Origin: Macrostomum hystrix
Taxonomy: Eukaryota; Animalia; Platyhelminthes
Reading direction: 5' to 3'
Assembly (NCBI GenBank): GCA_950097015.1
Contig: CATNEN010000029.1
Coordinates: 7,130,001 to 7,194,000 of the forward strand
DNA: 64,000 bases
The first letter of the stretch is position 1; each line of letters opens with the position of its first letter. The position numbers and the translations under genes were made by a program. Positions 34,240 to 46,839 of the stretch are shown piece after piece. Under the pieces are notes generated by a model. The model was not told where the DNA came from, did no database searches, and worked only from the letters and a program-made list of their open reading frames with translations.

Positions 34240-35260
34240 AAATCTGAAGATCAGTTGACACAATATGAAGATCATTTGACACAAATCTGAAAATCATTTG
34301 ACACAAATCTGAGAATAATTTAACACAATCTGAAGATCATTTGACACAATCTAAAGATCATTTGACACAATCTAAAGATCATTTGACACAATCTAAAGAT
34401 CATTTGACACAATCTAAAGATCATTTGACACAATCTAAAGATCGTTTGACAAAATCTGAAGATCGTTTTTGACACCACCTGAAGATCATTTGACACAATA
34501 TGAAGATCGTTTGACACCACCTGAAGATCATTTGACACAATATGAAGATCATTTGACACAATATGAAGATCGTTTGACACCACCTGAAGATCATTTGACA
34601 CAAATCTGAGAATAATTTAACACAATCTGAAGATTGCTTGATACAATCTAAAGATCATTTGACACAATCTAAAGATCATTTGACACAATCTAAAGATCAT
34701 TTGACACAATCTAAAGATCATTTGACACAATCTAAAGATCATTTGACACAATCTAAAGATCGTTTGACAAAATCTGAAGATCGTTTTTGACACCACCTGA
34801 AGATCATTTGACACAATATGAAGATCGTTTGACACCACCTGAAGATCATTTGACACAATATGAAGATCATTTGACACAATATGAAGATCGTTTGACACCA
34901 CCTGAAGATCATTTGACACAAATCTGAGAATAATTTAACACAATCTGAAGATTGCTTGATACAATCTAAAGATCATTTGACACAATCTAAAAATAATTTG
35001 ACACAATCTAAAGATCATTTGACACAATCTAAAGATCATTTGACACAATCTAAAGATCATTTGACACAATCTAAAGATCATTTGACACAATCTAAAGATC
35101 ATTTGAGACAATCTAAAGATCATTTGACACAATCTAAAGATCATTTGACACAATCTAAAGATCATTTGAGACAATCTAAAGATCATTTGAGACAATCTAT
35201 TTAGATCATTTGACACAATCTAAAGATCATTTGACACAATCTAAAGATCATATTACACAA
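34240..35260. repeat. 21-bp minisatellite (aaagatcatttgacacaatct) with a ~300-bp higher-order duplication
   Basis: Tandem units. The block at 34310-34605 recurs at about 34606-34920. Confidence 0.95.
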
Positions 35261-35932
35261 TCAGAACAAAATCTGATCTCAAAATTGACAAGAAAAATTC
35301 ATATAAAATTTGAGTTTTCGATAGCGGCTGGAGAAATAGGCCATGTAACTGGTACGGCTTTGCTAGATTAAAAGTACATTCCATTTTTGCTGTGCAAGCC
35401 TTAGGCCAAAATTTAAAACAATTTCAATTTTTTGCATCGGAAGTTTTTTCACAAAAACGATTTAAAAATCAAGCGCAGAAAAAGGCGAGCAACTTTGTCT
35501 TGTTCACAACAGTCGCGACAGTTGCTAGCTGTGCGTCTTGCAGAGAAAGATGTAGAAAGCTGGGTTCAAAGAGAAATTAGCTGGGCCTGACACGGGTGTG
35601 AAGCCCAGTTCAGATCTGCCAGTTCCACTCCGTGCAGCCTTTGACACTTACACTCATTCTCCATGTCGCGCACTCATAACCCGCCATTCTCTCTGCCGCA
35701 AACTACGGCAAACTATTTTTTTCGACAAGTCGTTAATGCCTTGAAAGCCCTTGGGAGTAAGGCCTCTTTGCTAGGCTATTAGCCTTAGCAGAGCTTGCCC
35801 TGCAGGCCAGTGGGACTAGATGGAATGCCTGGAATTAACACGCATGAAACACCCTTACATCGCGGCTGGATTATGAGGGCCTGCTGGAGATGGGGGAAAA
35901 GACTAGACCGACAAACAAAATCAGCAGCTGCA

Positions 35933-36478
35933 TCAGACACAATCTGTACCAGACACAATCTGTACCAGACACAATCTGTACCAGACACAATCTGTACCAG
36001 GCACAATCTGTACCAGACACAATCTGTACCAGACACAATCTCTACCAGACACAATCTGTACCAGACACAATCTGTACCAGACACAATCTGTACCAGACAC
36101 AATCTGTACAAGACACAATCTGTACCAGACACAATCTGTACCAGACACAATCTGTACCAGACACAATCTGTACAAGACACAATCTGTACCAGACACAATC
36201 TGTACCAGACACAATCTGTACAAGACACAATCTGTACCAGACACAATCTCTACCAGACACAATCTGTACCAGACACAATCTGTACCAGACACAATCTGTA
36301 CCAGACACAATCTGTACCAGACACAATCTGTACAAGACACAATCTGTACCAGGCACAATCTGTACAATACACAATCTGTACCAGACACAATCTGTACAAG
36401 ACACAATCTCTACCAGACACAATCTGTACAAGACACAATCTCTACCAGACACAATCTGTACCAGACACAATCTGTATT
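35933..36478. repeat. 16-bp minisatellite (accagacacaatctgt)
   Basis: About 34 units. Confidence 0.95.
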
Positions 36479-36919
36479 AGTCTTAGCTGCATAATAATTT
36501 TTCTAAAGATGACTATATACTTTTCTCTGTGAGGTGACTATCCATAGTGAGTATTTTATATTCAATCAAGTGGCACACTTAGGCAAACTGCATTGTGAAA
36601 ATACTGAGTCAGGATGTTTAGAGGGCCGACTCTTTCTTTAAGTACCGTTTATGGACTGCAACTCAATGCTGTCAATAGTTGAGTACACTATTAAATGAAG
36701 CATTTTTTTCGATTTGAATTCTGGAACTCTTAATGAGTCATCAGCTAAACTTTGAGACTCAGTTATAGGTTAATGATCTTTTGGCTAGCTATATAATATG
36801 AATTGTATATAACCTGACTTCACGGCTTTCAAACTGTACATACTTTAGGTTTATTTTAATAGTCGCATAATCCTTTAGTAGTTATAAGAAGTAGTAGTAG
36901 TAATAGTTATAGAAGTAAT

Positions 36920-37170
36920 CATGGGTTGAAGTATTTAAAGTGTCGAACTCACGACTTTAAGGTCTGGGGTTCAATTGCCCATTCTACTGGAACAATTTTG
37001 TGTCCATTAGCGAGACACAATTGAATTTGCATTGTTTCAGTTCACCCAGCTGTTAAATGGGTTCCAGCAATAGCTGGGGTAATTTAGGGTAGGTGTGGCA
37101 TCCCCCAGTCCATGGACTGAACAGCCGTACACAGCCACAATAGCCGCGGGGCAATCAATCACAATGTAAA
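36920..37170 (+). mobile_element. tRNA-derived SINE (family B) carrying the palindrome CAGTCCATGGACTG
   Basis: tRNA-like head (ggggttcaatt B-box-like) and body cagttcacccagctgttaaatgggt. Related copies at 48090-48700 (-), 33640-33745 (+), 4760-4830 (-) and 13705-13740 (+). Confidence 0.75.
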
Positions 37171-37544
37171 GGTAAGATTTTTAGTACTAGTGCTTAGAAA
37201 GCAAATATACTATACACCAGAGTGTGATTAATGCATAATAACTGGATCGAACACCTGCACTATCTGTTGGCGGGCTGGTTGGTTGGCCAATTAGGGAGTG
37301 CAACGTTTCGTATATGTTCAGGAAACTAGTGGAAAGCATAGAATTGATTTATGCCACCTAGTTACAAAGAAAACATAACTTACTTCATTACCTGTTCAAA
37401 GGGGATTGTCACTGAGATCTCCCCTCCGATATCTATTCGCTAGCCAAATTAATTAGCTTCCTGTTTCTTTGGCCCTAATGTAGGATTGAATCTACATGGT
37501 TTAATTCTAGGAAGACAGTATAAGCTGGACCCATTCTGATATCA

Positions 37545-37985
37545 GTTAACCCAGTCAAACTGACCCAGTGTAGTCTGAGTTGACCCAGTGTAGTCTGAGT
37601 TGACCCAGTGTAGCCTGATTTGACCCAGTGTAGCCTGAGTTGACCCACTGTAGCCTGAGTTGACCCAGTGTAGCCTGAGTTGACCCAGTGTAGCCTGATT
37701 TGACCCAGTGTAGCCTGAGTTGACCCAGTGTAGCCTGAGTTGACCCACTGTAGCTTGAGTTGACCCAGTGTAGTCTGAGTTGACCCAGTGTAGCCTGAGT
37801 TGACCCAGTGTAGCCTGAGTTGACCCAGTGTAGCCTGAGTTGACCCACTGTAGCTTGAGCTGACCCGGATTGTCCCAGTCTGACCTGGATTGACCCAGTC
37901 TGACCCGGATTGACCCAATCTGACCCGGATTGACCCAATCTGACCCGGATTGACCCAATCTGACCCGGATTGACTAAGTCTGACC
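37545..37985. repeat. 20-bp minisatellite (tgacccagtgtagcctgagt to tgacccggattgacccaatc)
   Basis: Ends about 15 nt before the acceptor at 37999. Confidence 0.95.
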
Positions 37986-37999
37986 CCAAACACACCTAG

Positions 38000-38355
38000 G
38001 TGAAGTTGTGCTCTGCGGCGCGGCTGCCGCACTGAACTTGAGTTGCCCGGCCTCTGGCCGGTTGAAAATCTGGTACGCCTACCTTGGCGAAAGCGAAACC
38101 CCAAACGACCCCTGCATCAGCCGGCGAGACACTTCGGCTCGCTGGCATCGCAGTCCCAATCGGGTTTCGTGTGTCGCCTCGGTTCTCACCTGGGCTGTGA
38201 GGATCTGCGATGCCAGACCTGATTGTCGCCTGCTCACCGCCACCGCGGCGCTTCGTTGACATCTGAGCCCGCCGACAGTGGCTCCGGCTCGGAATGTCGA
38301 CCAAGTCGGAGAATCAGCGACCAGCTTTACCTCAGAGTGGATTTCACCTGCCTAG
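38000..38355 (+). CDS. SUEL/Gal-lectin domain exon (EVA-1/EVA1C-like), interrupted by a 1-bp frameshift near 38230-38256
   Basis: EVVLC...LNLSCP...LKIWYAYLG...C...C...C in one frame, and ...ECRPSRRISDQLYLRVDFTCL-G|gtgag in the -1 frame. These match the SUEL start (LxLSCP..I.I..A.YG) and end (YLxVxYxC) patterns. Confidence 0.7.
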
Positions 38356-38429
38356 GTGAGCATTCTGGATAGAGGAAGAGAACTGCATAGGGTAACTGGG
38401 AAGTTTGAAAAATACAGAATTGTAGATCG

Positions 38430-39075
38430 AAAGACAAGAATAGTGACAGACAAATCTGGAGAGTGACAGACAAGACTGGAGAACGACAGACAGGATTGGA
38501 GAGTGACAAACAGGATTGGAGAGTGACAAACAGGATTGGAGAGTGACAGACAAGACTGGAGAGCGACAGACAAAACTGGAGAGTGACAGACAGGATTGGA
38601 GAGTGACAGACAAGACTGGAGAACGACAGACAGGATTGGAGAGTGACAGAAAAGACTGGAGAACGACAGACAGGATTGGAGCGTGACAGACAAAACTGGA
38701 GAGTGACAGACAGTATTGGAGAGTGGCAGACAAGACTGGAGAACGACAGACAGGATTGGAGCGTGACAGACAAAACTGGAGAGTGACAGACAGTATTGGA
38801 GAGTGGCAGACAAGACTGGAGAACGACAGACAGGATTGGAGCGTGACAGACAAAACTGGAGAGTGACAGACAGTATTGGAGAGTGGCAGACAAGACTGGA
38901 GAACGACAGACAGGATTGGAGAGTGACAGACAAGACTGGAGAACGACAGACAGGATTGGAGAGTGACAGACAAGACTGGAGAACGACAGACAGGATTGGA
39001 GAGTGACAGACAAGACTGGAGAGTGACAGACAGGATTGGAGAGTGACAGACAAGACTGGAGAACGACAGACAGGA
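38430..39075. repeat. 20/40-bp minisatellite (gagagtgacagacaagactg / gagaacgacagacaggattg)
   Basis: Fills most of the intron between 38355 and 39175. Confidence 0.95.
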
Positions 39076-39174
39076 TATCTAAAATTGTGAATATTCAAGA
39101 CTGTGCCTAAACCCGTCTTCTTATAGTAGGCTAGTATGGTAAATTTTTGCCAAATCCATGCAAATGAACTGCAG

Positions 39175-39371
39175 GCTGGGCCGAACCAACTGATACGGCC
39201 GGCCAGCGGAAGTTCTTCCTCTGGGGCCTGGCCATCATCGGGGCCCTGTTCCCTTTGACGCTGCTGGCCCTGCTGCTGACCTTCAGGCTGCGGAAGAAGC
39301 GCGAGGATGTCTATGGCATGACTAGCTTGCACCTGCCGCTGACCGAGCACGAACAGACCGAAGACACTTGA
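39175..39371 (+). CDS. Terminal exon of the lectin gene: TM helix plus short cytoplasmic tail
   Basis: Phase-1 join G|GC. Reads WAEPTDTAGQRK-FFLWGLAIIGALFPLTLLALLLTF-RLRKKREDVYGMTSLHLPLTEHEQTEDT*, a type I TM helix with a basic stop-transfer segment. Not in the ORF track. Confidence 0.8.
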
Positions 39372-39639
39372 GGCCCCGGCTCATGCAGTGGTCAGACTTT
39401 CGCATCCATGTTGGTCTTTCTCTTTTCTCTGGCTCTGTATTTACGCGTTTGCTGATCGTTTCATTTTATTAGCAAGAATAATCTAGCTTTCATAATATAC
39501 CTTAATTAATCCACGATAATTATCCAAGACACGTTCTGCCACACTCTCAGGTTGAATTCTTTAATTGTCATTATAGTTTCTCACGTTATCAAAGACAAAA
39601 ACACACATCCACCCTGCCTGTTACCGTTCACGAGTGTGT

Positions 39640-40070
39640 CCCTCTCCCGCTCCCGCTCCCTCTCTCTTCCGCTCCCGCTCCCTCTCTCTTCCGCTCCCGC
39701 TCCCTCTCTCTTCTGCTCCCGCTCCCTCTCTCTTCCGCTCCCGCTCCCTCTCTCTCCCGCTCCCGCTCCCTCTCTCTTCTGCTCCCGCTCCCTCTCTCTC
39801 CCGCTCCCGCTCCCTCTCTCTTCCGCTCCCGCTCCCTCTCTCTCCCTGTCCCTCTCCTGTTTCCTCTCCCTCTCCCTGTCAGTCTCCATCCTTATCTCCC
39901 TCTATCTCTACCGCTCTCCCCCTCCCTCTCTCTCTCCCTGTCCCTCTCCCTCTCCTGTTTCCTCTCCCTCTCCCTGCCCCTCTCCCTCCCTATCTCCCTC
40001 TATCTCTCCCGCTCTCCCTCTCCCTCTCTCTCTCCCTGTCCCTCTTCCTCTGCTGTTTCCTCTTCCTCAG
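39640..40070. repeat. CT-rich repeat (ctcccgctccctctctcttccg)
   Basis: Read directly. Confidence 0.9.
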
Positions 40071-41445
40071 ATCAATTTGTGTCACAAACGTCAATTAACG
40101 TTTGTAAATTCTGTTAATAAAATCTAATTATGAAATTATGAAAATCGAGGGTATTTTTGCTGTGTAACAAATCAAAACTTCAATTGACTAGAGCACAAAT
40201 TTCGTTAAGTTACTTCTAGATTTAGGTTTTAATCGTTAAATAATAAATTAGACAGAGAGGCGCAAGTGTTGTTTTAACATTTAGCCGCACAGGCACACTG
40301 GCGGATCGCTTTTTTATTTCGGAGATGTAAAAATTTTCATTTCTGATGCAATTTAGACGCTTAAGATAGGGACTGGGCGATTAGCGGGCTTAACCCCACG
40401 GACCAATCACATTGCGAGAGCCTGAATCGCAAAATCCAATGCTACGTATTATTTAGCAAGCATGATATAAGATATACAGACGCGCACACTCAAATAGGTA
40501 CAGTTGAAAAGTACACATCCAATACAAGCATTGTATAAATTTATAGTCAATATATACCAGTTTTCAAGCCGTATAAATTGCTTAATAATGACACACGGAA
40601 AGAAAAAACGAGTTTTGCGTGTTAAGTTACAGAAAATGACAGCGGTTTTCATTTGGGAGATATGCATCATGAGACAGAAGTAAAATAGATTCCTCAAAGA
40701 GCATCTCTCGTAAATCAATTTTGGTTTTGTTTACAATTAATAAACAGCGAAAACTAATTGTTGATTGTACAGATCGAGATTCTAACTTTATGACACTGAT
40801 CCTTGCAATGCAAAAAAGGAATGCAATAGTTGCTTTATAGAATATTGCCAAACATTACGGAGGTTCATCAAGTCCAGTTACGGGTTTAGTACAAATCTAA
40901 AACTTAAAAGCTAGGTAAAACTATTTGTTAAGATAGACTTTAGATAAATGAACTATTAAAGTAAACCAAAGTTTTTTTAAATAACTTTTTTGAGCAAGTC
41001 AAATGCGCGGCAAGAGATGATTCTACAAAGAAACGTTATTTAAACAAAAACAAAAGAATGACCTACTCATGCAAGCAAACCCGTGTGTTTTGGTCCTGGC
41101 CCACTTAGAATTGTATCAATATTGTATTGCATTGCATAGCTTTGTTATTTTGAAAGCTAATTTTAACCCCATAAATCTCTTCTGTTGGATTGAAATATTA
41201 CTGTGCTATTTGTGCATTGGGTGCAGTGTTCAATGGTTGCATTTGGTGTATGTGCAATTTAGCATACAGCCGTTTTTTAAACAACTAATACCAAAGTTAT
41301 TATTTTTTGACACGCAAGTAACTTTCCAAAAGTCCATAATGCCTTTTGGGCTGTTCTCAATGTTAAAGACAAATTTCAGCCTTCGTAGTTAAACAATCGA
41401 CCGCAAGAATTTGGATTTGATCGAGGGCACCTGCACTGCGTGTAG

Positions 41446-41616
41446 CAGGGGCGTATGCTGGGGAGGATACGGGGATATATCCCCCCATTTCCCAAAATTT
41501 CCCATGTACTTATTGTACTTAGTCAATTCCTAGAGGCCTAGAGGATATTATTTAGTCCGGTATGTTTATATTTCCGCTGGTTATCCCCCCAAACTAAATT
41601 CCAGCATACGCCTCTG
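41446..41616. mobile_element. hAT-type MITE
   Basis: TIR caggggcgtatgctgg / ccagcatacgcctctg (15/16) and 8-bp TSD gcgtgtag / gcgtgtgg (7/8). Confidence 0.8.
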
Positions 41617-43154
41617 GCGTGTGGAGGGGAAGCTGGTGGGAATGAACTATTTCTTTTTCGCGATCCCAATACGAGAGACAAAAATAATTCTGTTAGTAGT
41701 GTACTAGATTTTTTCGAGGTAGTCGATCCAGAGTTAAAATGTTTATTTCAGACAGGGCAAACATTCAGTCTGAAATGTACAAATTAAACTAATGTGCACC
41801 TTTTCATTGCAATTTGAATTGTTGCATCTAAAAGTCAATAGCTTACGCGGTATGCCTTTCTTTTGATAGAACATAGGTACAATATGTAAGTAGTATCGGT
41901 ACAATATACTCGTAAGTACTAAGTAGTAGGAATATACCGATTTGCGATATAATTTACTAATTTCACGTGCTTTCTATTAAAGTGATTTAAACTTGCGCCA
42001 AAACTTGCTCAAAGTAACTTAATAGTTTTTAAACGAATATGCTATCTAATAGTTTAACTTCAGTGGGCCTAGAACCCTTAATTAGTTCACATCTGATAAG
42101 CTAGAATCAATACTGTGATTTCTTATAACGTTATACAACGAGCGTTTCTGGCGCAAATTCGAAACTTTTAAACTATATAATTAAGTTCACTACTACGCAG
42201 CATAAGGACTAATTCATAGAATTTATCTCGTAGCGGAAAAGAAAAAGCATTACATGCACAATTTTAGGCTCTATACGAATCGACCTGTTGAGTTTATAAT
42301 CATATAAATAGGATTGCATTCACTATTCACCTAGCTGTCTTTGCATTGAGAAAAAATCAATCAGTCAAAATTTTCTGTTGGAAAGTAAATAGTAAAGTTT
42401 TAAAAAGCATTATTACTAGACCACCAATCTCACATTATTTAACAAATAATTATGACTGATAGTAGGTCCATTTTTGTTGCTGTTTCTGGGCAAGGCTTCG
42501 GACAACAGTTATTTATGGGCCAAGAGGCAAATCAATAGTTATAGAAAGCTATAGAAAGTTATAGAAAGATTTAAACATGGCATTTGTAGCGACATACTTG
42601 TAGAGTCAGTGTGTAAATAATTTAACAATATTGCACTATTCTGCGCTACAACTTAAAACATCAGAAAATATTGTAATAAGAGAAATGTTAATTTAGCTCC
42701 TACGAAATAAACTGCAAAAGATCATTACGCTAATACACGAATTTTTCTGGTGTTAAAAGAACAAAGATTGTCTATAAAGTAAACCTGCTATTGGGCCTTA
42801 CATACTCGTAAAAGCAACCAGTTGGTCAAACTGAATATTTAATTTAAAGTAAAAAATCAATTGTTTTGTAATGCAAGCAAAAAGTACAATAGAACAGAAT
42901 AATGCATATAAAAGAAACATGTTTTTATTGATAAGAAATAGCAAATTTGCGATTACATTTGTTATAAATAGTCACTCACAGTTGCATTTCAAATTCACGA
43001 GCCGTAGAACCTGCGCAAATTTTGAAAGAAAATCTATAAAAATCGTTTAAATCTAGGTAAAAAATAGCCTCAATTTGTACTTTTAAATCAGGAACAGAAA
43101 GCTGTCAACTTACCCAGTAATCAAATAGCCCCCAAAGTGCCAGTAATTGCCTCT

Positions 43155-43218
43155 TCATTCAGCGCATCCGTACAGCCGCTTATGATCCGACAGCTGAGCC
43201 TTACAGAAGCCTGGGTAG
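43155..43218 (-). CDS. cpo: couch potato/RBPMS-family gene, last coding exon found (SYPGFCKAQLSDHKRLYGCAE*)
   Basis: ctttcag acceptor and phase-2 join (AG|C). YPGFC matches the FPGF of the cpo/MEC-8 second RRM, then the sequence diverges and stops. Confidence 0.6.
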
Positions 43219-43319
43219 CTGAAAGGCAGGGCCAAGTTGCGACATAGCTTAAGAAAAGTTATAAAAATTATAACTAACATCATTTGTTGTCTGTGAGAGT
43301 TAACAGTGCGATGTTGCCG

Positions 43320-44418
43320 ACTGATCCTTCAGTGTGGCAGCCCTCTCTCACACACTGATCCTTCAGTGTGGCAGCCCTCTCTCACCCACTGAACCTTCAG
43401 TGTGGCAGCCCTCTCTAACCCACTGATCCTTCAGTGTGGCAGCCCTCTCTCACCCACTGATCCTTCAGTGTGGCAGCCCTCTCTCACCCACTGATCCTTC
43501 AGTGTGGCAGCCCTCTCTCACCCACTGATCCTTCAGTGTGGCAGCCCTCCCTCACCCACTGATCCTTCAGTGTGGCAGCCCTCTCTCACCCACTGATCCT
43601 TCAGTGTGGCAGCCCTCCCTCACCCACTGATCCTTCAGTGTGGCAGCCCTCTCTCACCCACTGATCCTTCAGTGTGGCAGCCCTCTCTCACCCACTGATC
43701 CTTCAGTGTGGCAGCCCTCTCTCACCCACTGATCCTTCAGTGTGGCAGCCCTCCCTCACCCACTGATCCTTCAGTGTGGCAGCCCTCCCTCACCCACTGA
43801 TCCTTCAGTGTGGCAGCCCTCTCTCACCCACTGATCCTTCAGTGTGGCAGCCCTCTCTCACACACTGAACCTTCAGTGTGGCAGCCCTCTCTCACCCACT
43901 GATCCTTCAGTGTGGCAGCCCTCCCTCACCCACTGATCCTTCAGTGTGGCAGCCCTCTCTCACCCACTGATCCTTCAGTGTGGCAGCCCTCTCTCACCCA
44001 CTGATCCTTCAGTGTGGCAGCCCTCTCTCACACACTGAACCTTCAGTGTGGCAGCCCTCTCTCACCCACTGATCCTTCAGTGTGGCAGCCCTCTCTCACC
44101 CACTGATCCTTCAGTGTGGCAGCCCTCTCTCACACACTGATCCTTCAGTGTGGCAGCCCTCTCTCACCCACTGATCCTTCAGTGTGGCAGCCCTCCCTCA
44201 CCCACTGATCCTTCAGTGTGGCAGCCCTCTCTCACCCACTGATCCTTCAGTGTGGCAGCCCTCTCTCACACACTGATCCTTCAGTGTGGCAGCCCTCTCT
44301 CACCTACTGATCCTTCAGTGTGGCAGCCCTCCCTCACCCACTGATCCTTCAGTGTGGCAGCCCTCCCTCACCCACTGATCCTTCAGTGTGGCAGCCCTCT
44401 CTCACCCACTGATCCTTC
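43320..44418. repeat. 34-bp minisatellite (actgatccttcagtgtggcagccctctctcaccc)
   Basis: About 32 units in the last cpo intron. Confidence 0.95.
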
Positions 44419-45200
44419 ATCGTTTTAACTTGTGAATAATTTCACCTAAATTTCAATCGAAGCGGGCTCTACCAGTGCAAGCTTGAACTTAAACGAACAG
44501 TGATTCAAATTTGAAATTTTGATTTCCTTTAACTTAGAAGGCTAGACAACCTAATTATAATTTTGAGAACCACCGTGAGCATGTGTTGGTTCCTGCTTAC
44601 GTTCGCGGGATTAATCCAGGGATTTTTATTGATACTCAAACACTTTAAAATATCACACAGAGAATAACGATGGAGCTATATCACTCGTAAAGGCGGTGGG
44701 CATCTTCTAAGAAATTAAATTTGAAAGCAATTTTTAGTTGTTGACATCAATGAGGAATAATGAACGAAACCAATCTTTTGGTGCGCACAAAGATTGAAAA
44801 GGACTTTTAAAAGTGCAAGAAAACAAAAAAGTGCAAACTAAGAATATCACTGCACGGCACTCAATTCTTTACCATATGGCCTTATAGTAAAAATAACTTT
44901 TTGACAATGTGACTGATTCGGTACAATGTGACTGATTCGGTGGGTCTTAGAGCAGCTGTTTTGCGATGCGGTTGCTACCAGAGCCGGAGGTTAGAGGAGG
45001 GGCGGATTTGTGGTTGACGAGTTTGCAGAGGGGCGGATTTGCAGTTAATGAGTTTGTGGATGTTCGTAATAAATAGGTAATTGTTATAGTCCCAAGTGAC
45101 CAGCAATAACAATTGCCAGGAATATTTCCAGAATCTCAGATGCTAGTGAATTATTCGATCTAGAAAATTTAGCTTTATGTTATAAAAAATGCATTTGTAC

Positions 45201-45269
45201 CTGGAGAATAAGTCCTTGAAGTCTTGCTCCGTACACAGCTGACCCAAGCTGTTCACGTACAGGGCCTGC

Positions 45270-45304
<35 letters not shown>

Positions 45305-45418
45305 ATGGGAGGCTGGGCTCTGAGATGGCTGGTAACCAGCCGAAGCAACGGCCGCTGCGGCGGCTGCAGCTGCTGCGGCGGCGGCGCCAGATGATTGTGG
45401 CATCATTGGCATGAAAGC
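45201..45418 (-). CDS. cpo: cpo/RBPMS exon: poly-Ala, poly-Gln and start of RRM2 (ALYVNSLGQLCTEQDFKDLFS)
   Basis: actcag acceptor and ag|gtac donor. LYVNSLG...EQDFKDLF matches the RNP2 region of cpo/MEC-8 RRM2 (TLFVANLG...E.ELK.IF). Confidence 0.85.
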
Positions 45419-45474
45419 CTGAGTTGCGATGCGGAATAGCTTAGCCTTGCATCACTGCTACCGTCACTCACCAC

Positions 45475-46100
45475 TTGATCCCATCACTGTCTGATTGACC
45501 CCATCACTGTCTGATTGATCCCATCACTGTCTGATTGATCCCATCACTGTCTGATTGATCCCATCACTGTCTGATTGATCCCATCACTGTCTGATTGATC
45601 CCATCACTGTCTGATTGACCCCATCACTGTCTGATTGATCCCATCACTGTCTGATTGATCCCATCACTGTCTGATTGATCCCATCACTGTCTGATTGATC
45701 CCATCACTGTCTGATTGATCCCATCACTGTCTGATTGATCCCATCACTGTCTGATTGATCCCATCACTGTCTGATTGATCCCATCACTGTCTGTTTGATC
45801 CCATCACTGTCTAATTGATCCCATCACTGTCTGTTTGATCCCATCACTGTCTGATTGACCCCATCACTGTCTGATTGATCCCATCACTGTCTGTTTGATC
45901 CCATCACTGTCTAATTGATCCCATCACTGTCTGATTGATCCCATCACTGTCTGATTGATCCCATCACTGTCTGATTGATCCCATCACTGTCTGATTGATC
46001 CCATCACTGTCTGTTTGATCCCATCACTGTCTGATTGACCCCATCACTGTCTGATTGATCCCATCACTGTCTGTTTGATCCCATCACTGTCTGTTTGATC
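45475..46100. repeat. 20-bp minisatellite (gatcccatcactgtctgatt)
   Basis: About 31 units. Confidence 0.95.
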
Positions 46101-46665
46101 TCATTAAACTGTGTCAGACAATATGAGACAACAGTACAGGGCAGGTGTCCGAATTGATTGTGATGAGTGCGTGCAAAGGTTTCATCGGCGTACAGACCGT
46201 GCGACAGTGCAAATGTGCGAATCCGTGCAAGTTACTACTTAATTGGAAACTCTTTCTAAGAAACAATTAGCAACTTAACGGGTATGAGGATTTCACGGTC
46301 TGATTGGTCTGAAGATTTGATATTTTAAATCTACTCGAATGATCAGGATCGCTACCAATAATTTTAATCCCCGCGCCAATGCACTGGACTTATCTCAAAT
46401 AAAAGCTGGCAATAACAGCAAAGGTCACTGCCAACAAAATTGTTCACTACCATGTTCTGTTTAAGTTCAAGCTCAAGCTCAAGCGAAAAAAAATTGATGG
46501 GACTAGGAGGAAATCTTATTTCAAATAAAGTTTCATAAAAAATAAGGAATTCATTTAAACAAAAGAGCTCTGCCAGAGGTCATTGCTCAACAGGCATCAC
46601 TCCCAGCACACTGGCAGCGGATTGGACGATGTAACGATGAAACGCGGCGGCTGGCCGGAACTCAC

Positions 46666-46805
46666 AGCTCGAATGGGCATCTGGGTCAGCTGCTGCAGCG
46701 GGCCCGTCGGGAACAGCGTCGGTGCCGCGGCGAGATCCGCGTACGAGAAGCCCGGATGAGTCGCCCACGCGTCCGAGGTCGGGATGAACGCCGTGGTGAG
46801 CTCGG
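46666..46805 (-). CDS. cpo: cpo/RBPMS exon (PELTTAFIPTSDAWATHPGFSYADL...QMPIRA)
   Basis: ttgcag acceptor and gtgagt donor. In phase 1 it matches the family motif ELxxAFxPxxxxxWxxHP. Confidence 0.8.
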
Positions 46806-46839
46806 CTGCAAGTTCAGGTGGTGAGGATATTGAGCCTAT

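Noticed and set aside
31540-35890. Possible minus-strand exons at about 31580-31681 (ALDMMKRMRRKICENAW...) and about 35785-35885 (strong polypyrimidine acceptor)
   Set aside because: No consistent phase chain or domain was found, so a nested gene could not be supported without RNA data.
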